A stretch of DNA of 45,824 nucleotides from positions 1 to 45,824 of the forward strand of contig NZ_DASVSO010000473.1 of assembly GCF_036388035.1 (NCBI RefSeq). Direction: 5' to 3'. This DNA is from Archangium sp. Its GTDB lineage: Bacteria > Myxococcota > Myxococcia > Myxococcales > Myxococcaceae. Of this stretch, positions 28,822-37,903 are shown piece by piece; within the stretch, counting starts at the first letter, position 1; the number at the start of each line of letters is the position of its first letter. Under the pieces are notes generated by a model. The model ran no database searches. It saw only the letters and a list, made by a program, of their open reading frames with translations, and was not told the origin of the DNA. Position numbers and translations under genes: made by a program.

Positions 28822-30042
28822 CTACGTCAGCAGCTGCGGCTCGAGCTCCACCTTCATCCAGCCCGGCTTGCGCGTGTCGAAGGAGCGGTAGGCCTCGATG
28901 GCGCTCGTCAGCGGCTGCACGTGGGTGAGGAGCTCCACCGGATCCACCGCGCCCGTGCGCACCAGCTCCAGCAGGTGGGGGATGTACTTGCGGTGGGGGC
29001 AGTTGCCCATGTTCATCGTCAGGTTCTTGTTCATCGCCTGGCCGATGGGGAACGTGCGCATCTGCTGCGGGTACACGCCGATGATGGACAGCGTGCCGGC
29101 CTTGGCCAGGGCGTCCACCGCCCAGACGAGGGCCTGGGCCGGCGCGTCACCGGGCACCCAGTTGTCCCCATCCGGGTTCGTCTTCGGCGCCACTTCCTTC
29201 ACCTCCCGCTTGAACTCCGCCTTCTCCTTGCGCGCCGTCTTCGCCGCTGGCCCGTGGTGCGCGTGCATCGAGTCCACGCCCACCGCGTCGATGGCCCGGT
29301 CCACGCCGATGCCCCCCGTCAGCCGGAGGATGACGTCCACCGGGTCCTCCTCCTCGAAGTTGATGATCTCCGCGCCCTGGGCCCGCGCCGCCTCCAGCCG
29401 GTCCAGGTGGCAGTCGATGGCGAAGATGCGCCCCGCGTCCATCAGCTTCGCGCTCAGGATGGCGAACTGCCCCACCGGCCCGCAGCCGAACACCGCCACC
29501 GTGTCCCCGGGCTTTATCTCCGCGATGTCCGCCCCGAAGTAGCCCGTGGGGAAGATGTCCGAGAGCAGGATGGCCTGCTCATCCGTCACCTCGTCCGGGA
29601 GCTTCACCAGCCCCACGTTGGCGAAGGGGATGCGCGCCCGCTCCGCCTGGAGCCCGTGGAAGGGCCCGCTCATCTCCGGCCCGCCGAAGAACGCCGTGCC
29701 GGCGCGCTTGCCGTTGGGGTTGGCCACGTCGCACTGCGCGTAGTAGCCCGAGCGGCAGTAGGAGCACGTGCCGCAGGCGATGGTGGACGGAATCACCACC
29801 CGGTCCCCCGCGCGCAGGTTGCGCACGTCCCGGCCCACCGCCTCCACCACGCCCACGCCCTCATGCCCGAGGATGGTGCCCGGCCTCATCCCCGGGAAGG
29901 TGCCGCGCACGAAGTGCAGGTCCGTGCCGCAGATGGCGCTCGCCGTCAGCTTGACGATGGCATCCGTGTCCTGCTGGAGCTCCGGCTCCGCCATTTCCTC
30001 CAGCCGGATGTCCCCAACCCCATGAAAGACGACTGCCTTCAT
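28822..30042 (-). CDS. Zn-dependent alcohol/formaldehyde dehydrogenase family
   Basis: ICGTDLH, GHE, CGTCSYC..C, LSDIFPTGY, GCGPVG. Confidence 0.92.
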   Translation of the reverse strand: MKAVVFHGVGDIRLEEMAEPELQQDTDAIVKLTASAICGTDLHFVRGTFPGMRPGTILGHEGVGVVEAVGRDVRNLRAGDRVVIPSTIACGTCSYCRSGYYAQCDVANPNGKRAGTAFFGGPEMSGPFHGLQAERARIPFANVGLVKLPDEVTDEQAILLSDIFPTGYFGADIAEIKPGDTVAVFGCGPVGQFAILSAKLMDAGRIFAIDCHLDRLEAARAQGAEIINFEEEDPVDVILRLTGGIGVDRAIDAVGVDSMHAHHGPAAKTARKEKAEFKREVKEVAPKTNPDGDNWVPGDAPAQALVWAVDALAKAGTLSIIGVYPQQMRTFPIGQAMNKNLTMNMGNCPHRKYIPHLLELVRTGAVDPVELLTHVQPLTSAIEAYRSFDTRKPGWMKVELEPQLLT

Positions 30043-30175
30043 TGCCGCTCCTTCCCCCCGCGGGGCACCGGGCGGATGGCCGCGCCGGCTTCGGAACCTC
30101 CTCGCTAGGGGTGGGCACGCGCCCCGTCCGGTGCCAGACAGAGGCGCTCCCTCTCCAGGAGGGCGGACGGCGGGG

Positions 30176-31678
30176 CTAGCGGCTGACGTGCAGGGCGAGG
30201 CGCTTGCCGAAGACACGGCGGAAGAGGAGCGTCTCGTGCTCCACGTTCCACAGCTCCAGGTCCACCGGCTGGCGCGCCTTGAGGTGCAGCGACACCGCCT
30301 CGCGGCCATTCACGGCCCGCAGCTCCTTCACCGGCTGATGGTGGCTGCTGTCCAGGGAGTTGGCCACCCGCAGCAGCGTGGCCAGCTTGCGCACCAGGCG
30401 GGCCTCATGGGCACTCAACCCCTCCATGCCCGCGTGCTTCAGCTCCGGCGGGCTGCGCTGGTGGTAGCGCGCCACCCGGGCCACCAGCTCCCGCTCGCGG
30501 TCCGCCAGGCCGGGGATGTCGCTGTTGTGGATGAGGTAATAGGTGTGCTTGTGGTGGCGCTCGTAGCTGACGGCGTTGCCGAGGTCGTGCAGCAGCGCCG
30601 CCGTCTCCAGGTACGGCCGGCACGAGAGCGGCAACTGGTGCAGCGCGGCCAGCTCGTCGAAGAGGGTGAGGGACAGCGAGGCCACCTGCCGCGCGTGCTT
30701 CTCGTCGAAGAGCAGCCGCCGCCCCATGGCCACCGCCGCGTCCGCCAGCGAGTGGTCCTGGCGCGTCTCGTCCTGCCGGTACAGCAGGTCCACCAGCAGG
30801 CCGTCGCGCAGGCCCCGGTTGACGGCGGTGACACTCTCCACCCCCAGGTGTTTGGCCACCCGCTCGAGGACGGTGGCGCCCGCGACGATGATGTCCGCGC
30901 GCCTCGGGTCGAAGCGCTTGCGCCGCCGCTCCGGCGGCAGCTCCGCCAGGGTCTCCACCGCCTGGGAGAGCTGGCGCACCGTCGCGTGCGCCGTGCCCTC
31001 GCTCGCCGCGAAGCCCACCACCGCGTTGATGGTGCCGGAGGAGCCCAGCGCCACCCGGGGCAGGTTGTCGGGCCGCTCGGGGATGGCCTTGCGCAGCTGC
31101 TCCTCCACGTAGCTGCGCATCAGCCGCAGCTGCTTGGGCGTCACCTTCCCGGCCGCGTCGAACATCTCCGTCAGCCGCACCGAGCCCATCGCGAGGCTCC
31201 ACAGGTCATCTGGCCGCTCGCCCGTGGCGATGGCCACCTCGGTGGAGCCTCCGCCGATGTCCACCAGCAGCGAGCGTGTGTTGGGCGGCTTGCGGTGCAG
31301 CACGCCCAGGCAGATGAGGCGCGCCTCCTCCTTGCCGCTCACCACCTCCAGGTTCAGCCCCGCCTCGTCGCGCACCCGCTGGACGATTTCCTCGCGGTTC
31401 TTCGCGTCGCGCATGGCGCTGGTGGCCACCGCTCGCACCCGGGCCTTGTGCCGCCGGCACAGCGCCGCGTAGCGCCGCAGCGTGGACAGCAGGCGATCCG
31501 CCGTCTCCTTGGGCATCACCCCACTGGCGAAGACGCCCTCTCCCGGGCGGATGGGGTCTCGCTCCTGGTGGAGCGTCTCCAGGGCGCCATCGGCGTCGGG
31601 CCGGGCCAGCTCCAGGCGGACGGCATTGGTGCCCACATCGATGGCGGCGAGCACGGGCTGTAGGGGCGAGGTGGGCAT
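30176..31678 (-). CDS. ppx: Exopolyphosphatase Ppx/GppA
   Basis: AIDVGTN, ATSAMRDA, EEARL, DIGGGSTE, ALLHDLG. Confidence 0.93.
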   Translation of the reverse strand: MPTSPLQPVLAAIDVGTNAVRLELARPDADGALETLHQERDPIRPGEGVFASGVMPKETADRLLSTLRRYAALCRRHKARVRAVATSAMRDAKNREEIVQRVRDEAGLNLEVVSGKEEARLICLGVLHRKPPNTRSLLVDIGGGSTEVAIATGERPDDLWSLAMGSVRLTEMFDAAGKVTPKQLRLMRSYVEEQLRKAIPERPDNLPRVALGSSGTINAVVGFAASEGTAHATVRQLSQAVETLAELPPERRRKRFDPRRADIIVAGATVLERVAKHLGVESVTAVNRGLRDGLLVDLLYRQDETRQDHSLADAAVAMGRRLLFDEKHARQVASLSLTLFDELAALHQLPLSCRPYLETAALLHDLGNAVSYERHHKHTYYLIHNSDIPGLADRERELVARVARYHQRSPPELKHAGMEGLSAHEARLVRKLATLLRVANSLDSSHHQPVKELRAVNGREAVSLHLKARQPVDLELWNVEHETLLFRRVFGKRLALHVSR

Positions 31679-31756
31679 GGGTCTTCCAGAAGTCCGAAAG
31701 GGAGCGGATGGCCGGGTGGGGGGCTTCACCCCACCTCCCTCATCCTTATTAGGGTT

Positions 31757-31776
31757 TCGTGACAGCTCCGTGACGT
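31757..31776 (-). promoter_or_regulatory. Pho-box-like direct repeat between ppx and ppk1
   Basis: Minus strand ACGTCAC-GGAG-CTGTCAC (GTCAC at 11-bp period), followed by TAATAA toward ppx. Confidence 0.55.
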
Positions 31777-31809
31777 GACGGGGTCGCCATCCTGCAAGAG
31801 TCTCCGCCC

Positions 31810-33975
31810 GTGTCTCCGCCCGTGGAAATCAATGACCCGCAGCTCTTCATCAACCGGGAGCTGTCCTGGCTCGCCTTCAACGAGCGGGTCCTGGCGGACG
31901 CCTGCGACCCGGAGCTTCCTCTCTACGAGCGCTTGAAGTTCTTCGCCATCGCTTCCTCCAACCTGGATGAGTTCTTCATGGTCCGCGTGGCGGGCCTCCA
32001 GCAGCAGCTCGCCAATGGGGTGGCGGAGACGGCCGCGGACGGCATGCTACCCGCGGAACAGCTCGCCGCCATCAGCGAGCGCGTGCACCGGCTGGTGGAC
32101 GAGGCCTCGCGCCTCTGGGTCGAGGAGCTGCGGCCCGGGTTGGCGGGCGCGGGCGTGTCCATCCTCCGGCGGGACAAGCTCACGGCCGAGCAGAAGGCGG
32201 CCGCGCGCATGTACTTCACCACCTTCGTCTTTCCGGCCCTCACCCCGCTGGCGGTGGACCCCGGGCACCCCTTCCCCCATCTGCGCAACAAGTCCCTCAA
32301 CGTGGCGGTGCTGCTGCGGCGCGAGGGCCCCAAGCGTCGGCGCAACGGGGCGGGCACCTCGCTGGCCGTGGTGCAGGTGCCCGGTCTGCTCCGCCGGCTG
32401 GTGCCCCTTCCGGCCGAGAGAGGCCTGGCGTTCATCCTGCTGGGAGAGCTCATCGCCCTGTGCTCGGGCGACCTCTTCCCCGGCTACGTGGTGGAGCACA
32501 CCACCGCCTTTCGCGTCACGCGCAACTGGGACCTCAACGTGGACGAGGAGGAGAGCGAGGATCTCCTCTCCACCCTCCAGGAGGAGCTGCGCCGGCGCGA
32601 GCGGGGCGCCGCGGTGCGCCTGGAGCTGGACGCCGTGGCCAGCCCTCACATCGAGTCCCTGCTCACCGCCGCCCTGAAGCTGGGGCCCATGGACGTGTAC
32701 CGGCAGTGGGCGCCGTTGCAGCCCTCGGACCTGATGGCGCTGCTGGACGTGGACCCCCGGCCGGAGCTGCGCGTGGAGCCCTTCACGCCCGTGGTGCCCC
32801 CGGTGCTGCGCGACGTGGGGTCCCTCCTGGACGTCGTCGCCGAGCGCGACATCCTCCTGCACCACCCCTACGAGTCCTTCGACCCGGTGGTGCGCTTCCT
32901 CGAGGAGGCCGCGGAGGATCCGGACGTCCTCACCATCAAGCAGACGCTGTACCGCACCAGTGGCGACAGCCCCATCGCCCGGGCGCTGTCGCGCGCGGTG
33001 GAGAACGGCAAGCAGGTGGCGGTGCTGGTGGAGATCAAGGCCCGCCTGGACGAGGCCAACAACATCGCCTGGGCGCGGAAGATGGAGGAGAGCGGGGTGC
33101 ACGTCGTCTATGGCCTCATCGGCCTGAAGACGCACACCAAGGTGGCGCTGGTGGTGCGCCGCGAGGGCAACGGCATCCGCCGCTACGTGCACCTGGGCAC
33201 GGGCAACTACAACCCGCAGACCGCCCGCCAGTACACCGACCTGTCCCTCTTCACCTCGCGCGAGGAGATGGCCGACGACGTCAGCGCCCTCTTCAACCTG
33301 CTCACCGGCTACGCGGTGGCCCCGCAGTGGAAGCGGCTGGCCGTGGCGCCCATGGGCCTGCAGGAGAAGGTGCTCTCGCTCATCCACCGCGAGGCGGACA
33401 AGGCCCGGCGCGGCGAGCCCGCGCGCATCCTCGCGAAGATGAACTCCCTGGTGGACGCCAGCGTCATCCGCGCCCTCTACGCGGCGAGCCAGGCGGGGGT
33501 GGAGGTGGACCTGCTGGTGCGCGGCATCTGCTGCCTGCGGCCGGGCGTGCCGGGGGTGAGCGAGCGCATCCGCGTGACGAGCGTGGTGGACCGCTTCCTG
33601 GAGCACAGCCGGGTGTTCGCCTTCGGCGCGGGGCCCAGCCCCGAGGTGTGGATGAGCAGCGCGGACTGGATGCCGCGCAACTTCCTGCGCCGCATCGAGG
33701 CCATGTTCCCCGTGGAGGACCCGGCCATCCGCCAGCGGTTGCTGGACGAGGTGCTGGGCGTGGCGCTGCGGGACAACGTGAAGGCGCGGCGGCTGCGGGT
33801 GGACGGCACCTATGTGCCGGTGAGCCCGGAGGGGACGCTGGTGCGCAGCCAGGGCGTGCTGATGGAGATGGCCCGGCGCACCCACCAGCCGGACCTCAAG
33901 CCCCTCGAGGTGCTGCGCCACGCCACCGCCCCGGACGCTCCGCCCTTGCGCCAGGTGCCCCAGGCCACCGGTTGA
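31810..33975 (+). CDS. ppk1: Polyphosphate kinase 1
   Basis: NRELSWLAFNERVL, SNLDEFFMVRV, HHPYESF, IKQTLYR, LKTHTK, RFLEHSR, SADWMPRN. Confidence 0.97.
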   Translation: MSPPVEINDPQLFINRELSWLAFNERVLADACDPELPLYERLKFFAIASSNLDEFFMVRVAGLQQQLANGVAETAADGMLPAEQLAAISERVHRLVDEASRLWVEELRPGLAGAGVSILRRDKLTAEQKAAARMYFTTFVFPALTPLAVDPGHPFPHLRNKSLNVAVLLRREGPKRRRNGAGTSLAVVQVPGLLRRLVPLPAERGLAFILLGELIALCSGDLFPGYVVEHTTAFRVTRNWDLNVDEEESEDLLSTLQEELRRRERGAAVRLELDAVASPHIESLLTAALKLGPMDVYRQWAPLQPSDLMALLDVDPRPELRVEPFTPVVPPVLRDVGSLLDVVAERDILLHHPYESFDPVVRFLEEAAEDPDVLTIKQTLYRTSGDSPIARALSRAVENGKQVAVLVEIKARLDEANNIAWARKMEESGVHVVYGLIGLKTHTKVALVVRREGNGIRRYVHLGTGNYNPQTARQYTDLSLFTSREEMADDVSALFNLLTGYAVAPQWKRLAVAPMGLQEKVLSLIHREADKARRGEPARILAKMNSLVDASVIRALYAASQAGVEVDLLVRGICCLRPGVPGVSERIRVTSVVDRFLEHSRVFAFGAGPSPEVWMSSADWMPRNFLRRIEAMFPVEDPAIRQRLLDEVLGVALRDNVKARRLRVDGTYVPVSPEGTLVRSQGVLMEMARRTHQPDLKPLEVLRHATAPDAPPLRQVPQATG

Positions 33976-33990
33976 CGCCTGGTGCGCGCT

Positions 33991-34054
33991 TCACTTCTGG
34001 ACGTCCAGAAGTCATGTGCGGCTTTGTGCTACATCACTTCTGGACGTCCAGAAG
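33991..34054. repeat. Two identical 21-mers, each containing the perfect palindrome CTTCTGGACGTCCAGAAG
   Basis: TCACTTCTGGACGTCCAGAAG at 33991-34011 and 34034-34054, separated by 22 nt. Confidence 0.9.
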
Positions 34055-34246
34055 GGGAGGGGGACTTCCTGTGAAGGGTGCTTGCTCCCCCGGTTGGAGT
34101 CGGGCCCGGAGCGTCGAGCAGGCGACGAATGGGTGCGCTCTCGCCGGTTGCCAGCATTGACCCGAAGGCTCAACTTGGGGGACTGCGGCTACCTCATGCG
34201 ACACCGGGTGCCGCGGACCCCATCCGCTCATGCCCTGCGGGTGGAG

Positions 34247-35341
34247 ATGGAGAGGGATGTGTCCGAGCAGCCTGGCTTGGAGAGTGCCCTCGACCAGCTG
34301 GCCATTCCCGTGCTGCGGGTCGAGGAGGGGACGGCGCGAGTGCTGTTCGCCAACACGGCGGCACGCATGCTGCCCTTCACCCTCGAGCCCCCGGCGGCCC
34401 CGGGCGCCGTGCTGGACGCGGAGGGCACCCCCCTTCCCGTGGAGCAGCACCCGGTGGAGCGGGCCGCTCGCGGTGAGCCGCTGGAGGGCGAGCTCGTCCG
34501 CTGGGCGGGCCCCGAGGGCAGCCGGGCCTTCGTGGTGCATGCCCGGATGGACCGCTCCCGCTCGCCGGGCGTGGCGACGCTGTCCTTCCAGGACGTGAGC
34601 GGGTGGCATCAGACGGAGGCGGACCTGCGGCGGGCGCTCGGGGCGCGCGACACCTTCCTGTCCGTCGCCTCGCACGAGCTGAAGACGCCCATCACCGTGC
34701 TCCAGCTCGTGCTGGAGCGGCTGCAACGCGGCGCCCACCGGGAGGTGTCCCTGTCCGGCGCCCAGCTCGTCGAGCGCCTGGAGCCCGCCCTGCGACAGGT
34801 GCGGCGGCTGGGCGTGCTGGTGCAGAACCTGCTCGACGTGAGCCGGGCCCGCAACAACCACTTCGAGCTGGAGTGCGAGCGTTTCGAGCTGGGCACCCTG
34901 GTGCGTGAGGTGTGCGAGCGCTTCTCCGAGCATGCCCGGCAGGCCGGCTCGGTGCTGGCGGTGGAGGACTGTCCGCCGGTGGAGGTGCACTGGGACCGGA
35001 TGCGGGTGGAGCAGGCGCTCAGCAACCTCATCACCAACGCCATCAAGTACGGCGCGGGCGGGCCCATCTCGGTCCGGGCCGAGCCGCACGAGGGGGCGGT
35101 GTCCCTGCGGGTGGAGGACCGGGGCCCCGGTGTGGCCGAGGGGGACCGGGAGCGCATCTTCAACCCGTTCGAGCGGGCCGCCTCGGGTCACCGGGGAGAG
35201 AGCCTGGGGCTCGGGCTGTACATCGTCCGGGAGATTGCCCGTGCCCATGGCGGCACGGTGGGACTGACGGGGCGCGAGGGCGGAGGCTCCTGCTTCACGC
35301 TGCGCCTGCCGCGGGAGGCGGCGGAAGGAGGGTATGAGTGA
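34247..35341 (+). CDS. PAS-like sensor histidine kinase
   Basis: ASHELKTP, NLITNAIKY, DRGPG, FNPFER, LGLGL; start uncertain (34196/34247/34259). Confidence 0.9.
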   Translation: MERDVSEQPGLESALDQLAIPVLRVEEGTARVLFANTAARMLPFTLEPPAAPGAVLDAEGTPLPVEQHPVERAARGEPLEGELVRWAGPEGSRAFVVHARMDRSRSPGVATLSFQDVSGWHQTEADLRRALGARDTFLSVASHELKTPITVLQLVLERLQRGAHREVSLSGAQLVERLEPALRQVRRLGVLVQNLLDVSRARNNHFELECERFELGTLVREVCERFSEHARQAGSVLAVEDCPPVEVHWDRMRVEQALSNLITNAIKYGAGGPISVRAEPHEGAVSLRVEDRGPGVAEGDRERIFNPFERAASGHRGESLGLGLYIVREIARAHGGTVGLTGREGGGSCFTLRLPREAAEGGYE

Positions 35342-36911
35342 GCCAGTGAAGGAGGAGGTGCGGGAGGCGCGGGTCCAGAGCGGCATTCCTCGCCTGGACT
35401 TCATCCTCAAGGGAGGCCTCAAGCCGGGCGGCACCTACGCGGTGATGGGGCCGCCGGGCAGTGGAAAGACCATCTTCGCCAACCAGCTCTGCTTCAACCA
35501 CATCCAGAAGCAGGACGGGCGGTGCGTCTACATGACGCTGCTCGTCGAGACGCACGCGAAGATGCTGGCGCACCTCTCCTCGCTGCGCTTCTACAAGCAG
35601 GAGTACATCCCCGAGCGGCTCTACTACGTCAGCGGCTACCAGGAGGTGCGCGAGGAGGGCTTCACCGGCCTGCTCGAGCTCATCCGCCGCACGCTGCGCG
35701 AGCGCCGGGCCACCCTCTTCATCATCGACGGGATGGAGAGCGCGGAGCAGTTCGCCCCCAACCCCCAGGCCTACCGGGAGTTCATCCACTCGCTGCAGAC
35801 CGCCGCCAGCCTGCTGGGCTGCACCACGCTGCTGCTCTCCAACGTGCGCGGGCGCACGCACATGGAGAATGCCCTGGTGGACGGGGTCATCGAGCTGTCC
35901 GACCAGCTCATCGGTCCCCGGGCGGTGCGCGAGCTCACGGTGCACAAGTTCCGCGGCAGCGACTACCTCCGGGGGCGCCACGAGGTGGAGATCACCGACG
36001 ACGGAATCGTCATCCACCCGCGCACGGAGATTCAGTTCAGCAAGCCGCCCGAGCAGGCGCGCGAGCAGCGCCTCCGCATGGGCTTCGGTCTGAAGCGGCT
36101 GGACGAGATGCTCGCGGGGGGACTGCCCTCGGGCTCCACCGCCGCGCTGGTGGGGGCGCCGGGCACGGGCAAGACGCTGCTGGGGCTCTCCTTCCTGGTG
36201 GAGGGGGCACGCCAGGGCCAGCGGGGCACCTACTTCGGCTTCTACGAGCCGCCGCCCCGCCTCATCGAGAAGGCCGAGGAGGTGGGCATCCCCCTGGAGC
36301 GGTACGTGAAGGAGGGCAGCATCAAGCTGGAGTGGCAGCCGCCGCTCGAGCACTTCATGGACTCGCTGGCGGAGCAGCTCCTGGAGAAGCTGGGGCTCGA
36401 CGAGAAGACGCAGGAGCGCCGGCGCCTGTTCATCGACGGAGCCGAGGGCTTCCGCGCGGCGGCGGTGTACCCGGACCGCATCCCCCGCTTCCTGTCGGCC
36501 CTCACCAACCAGCTGCGCATGCAGGACGTCACCACCGTCATCACCGACGAGCTGGAGCTCTTCACGCCCGAGGTGAACCTGCCCACCCCCGAGCTGGCCA
36601 ACGTGGTGGAGACGGTGCTGGTGCTGCGCTACCTGGAGCTGCGCTCGCAGATGTACCGGCTGCTCTCCATCATGAAGATGCGCGAGAGCGCCTACGACAC
36701 CTCGCTGCGCGAGTTTCGCATCACCCCCCAGGGCATCGACGTGGCCGACTCCTTCGCGAGCGCGGAGGCCATCCTCAGCGGCCACGGGCGCCTGCGCGGC
36801 GAGCACGGGAAGAAGGGCGAGGGGGCCCCGCGGGAGCCAGCGCGGAAGACGCGGAAGAAGGCGGGCCCGCGCACCGGGCGGACCGGCAAGGGCGGCGGGA
36901 GGAAGCGGTGA
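35334..36911 (+). CDS. Double-domain KaiC-like (RAD55/RecA-family) ATPase
   Basis: SGIPRLD + GPPGSGKT + HKFRG; second domain GLKRLD + GAPGTGKT + MKMRE. Confidence 0.9.
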   Translation: MSEPVKEEVREARVQSGIPRLDFILKGGLKPGGTYAVMGPPGSGKTIFANQLCFNHIQKQDGRCVYMTLLVETHAKMLAHLSSLRFYKQEYIPERLYYVSGYQEVREEGFTGLLELIRRTLRERRATLFIIDGMESAEQFAPNPQAYREFIHSLQTAASLLGCTTLLLSNVRGRTHMENALVDGVIELSDQLIGPRAVRELTVHKFRGSDYLRGRHEVEITDDGIVIHPRTEIQFSKPPEQAREQRLRMGFGLKRLDEMLAGGLPSGSTAALVGAPGTGKTLLGLSFLVEGARQGQRGTYFGFYEPPPRLIEKAEEVGIPLERYVKEGSIKLEWQPPLEHFMDSLAEQLLEKLGLDEKTQERRRLFIDGAEGFRAAAVYPDRIPRFLSALTNQLRMQDVTTVITDELELFTPEVNLPTPELANVVETVLVLRYLELRSQMYRLLSIMKMRESAYDTSLREFRITPQGIDVADSFASAEAILSGHGRLRGEHGKKGEGAPREPARKTRKKAGPRTGRTGKGGGRKR

Positions 36912-37273
36912 GGACCATCCTGGTCGTCGAGGACGAGTTCGACGTGCAGCAGGTCGTGGCGGACGTCCTGCGGGACGAGGGCTACACGGTGTCCGTCTGC
37001 GGCAACGGCCGGGAGGCCCTCGTGTCCCTGAGCAAGAGCCCGCCGGATGTCATCGTCATGGACGTGATGATGCCCCTGCTCTCCGGGCACCAGGTGCTCG
37101 AGGAGATGCAGAAGCGCCCCGGGCTGAAGGACGTGCCCGTCATCCTCATGAGCGAGACCTCGCCGCGTGCCTCGGAGCCTCGCCTCTGGCGGGCCTTCCT
37201 CAAGAAGCCCTTCCGGTTGGACCAGTTGCTGGACGCGGTGACGCGGGTCTCCGGCGTTTCGGGCAAGGACTGA
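36908..37273 (+). CDS. Single-domain response regulator
   Basis: ILVVEDE, MDVMMP, MS, KKPF; GTGA overlap with KaiC-like stop. Confidence 0.92.
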   Translation: MRTILVVEDEFDVQQVVADVLRDEGYTVSVCGNGREALVSLSKSPPDVIVMDVMMPLLSGHQVLEEMQKRPGLKDVPVILMSETSPRASEPRLWRAFLKKPFRLDQLLDAVTRVSGVSGKD

Positions 37274-37337
37274 GCGCCGTCACGCTGGCCTGTCGCGGGC
37301 GTCTCTACAGGGACAGGCGTTGCCAGGGAGAGCCGAG

Positions 37338-37787
37338 ATGCGATTGAAGAGACTGAAGGCTGGCGACCGGGAGCTGGCGAAGGTGCTGTTTGCCCTGATG
37401 GCGGAGGTCTTCGAGGAAGACAGTGAGGAGCTGAGTGATGGCTATGTCGACCGGCTCCTCGGCCGAGAGGATTTCTGGGCGATTGCCGCGTTCGCTGACG
37501 AGGCCATCGTCGGAGGAATCACCGCCCATACCCTGCCCATGACGCGAACGGAGTCTTCGGAGATCTTCATCTACGACATCGCCGTGCGAAGCGATCATCA
37601 GCGAAAGGGTATTGGCCGCCGGCTGGTTGCCGAGCTTCGGGCCCAGGCGGCTGGCATGGGAATCCGGGAGCTGTTCGTCCCCGCTGATGACGAGGATGTC
37701 CACGCGCTCGATTTCTACCGCGCCCTCGGCGGGGAGGCCGCCCCGGTGACGATCTTCACGTTCACGGACGCTTCTGAAGACCGATAG
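37338..37787 (+). CDS. GNAT acetyltransferase, AAC(3)-I-like
   Basis: SEIFIYDIAV...QRKGIG, FVPAD..D..A..FY..LG. Confidence 0.8.
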   Translation: MRLKRLKAGDRELAKVLFALMAEVFEEDSEELSDGYVDRLLGREDFWAIAAFADEAIVGGITAHTLPMTRTESSEIFIYDIAVRSDHQRKGIGRRLVAELRAQAAGMGIRELFVPADDEDVHALDFYRALGGEAAPVTIFTFTDASEDR

Positions 37788-37903
37788 GGCCGCCCTCGTC
37801 CACGCTCACTCCCGCGTGTGCCCTGAGGGCAGGGGGCACCCCATCTGGTATCACGGAGGAGTTCAAGTTCCAGGGCTTCAAACCGTCCGGTGTTCCAGTC
37901 GTC

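Noticed and set aside
33991..34054. Mini CRISPR array (21-nt repeat, 22-nt spacer)
   Set aside because: Only two repeats, loopless perfect palindrome, short spacer, no cas genes
35334..36911. True circadian clock kaiC
   Set aside because: No kaiA/kaiB in the window and the canonical S/T phosphosites are not evident
37274..37900. Integron cassette around the AAC(3)-I-like gene
   Set aside because: No recognisable attC core sites or integrase
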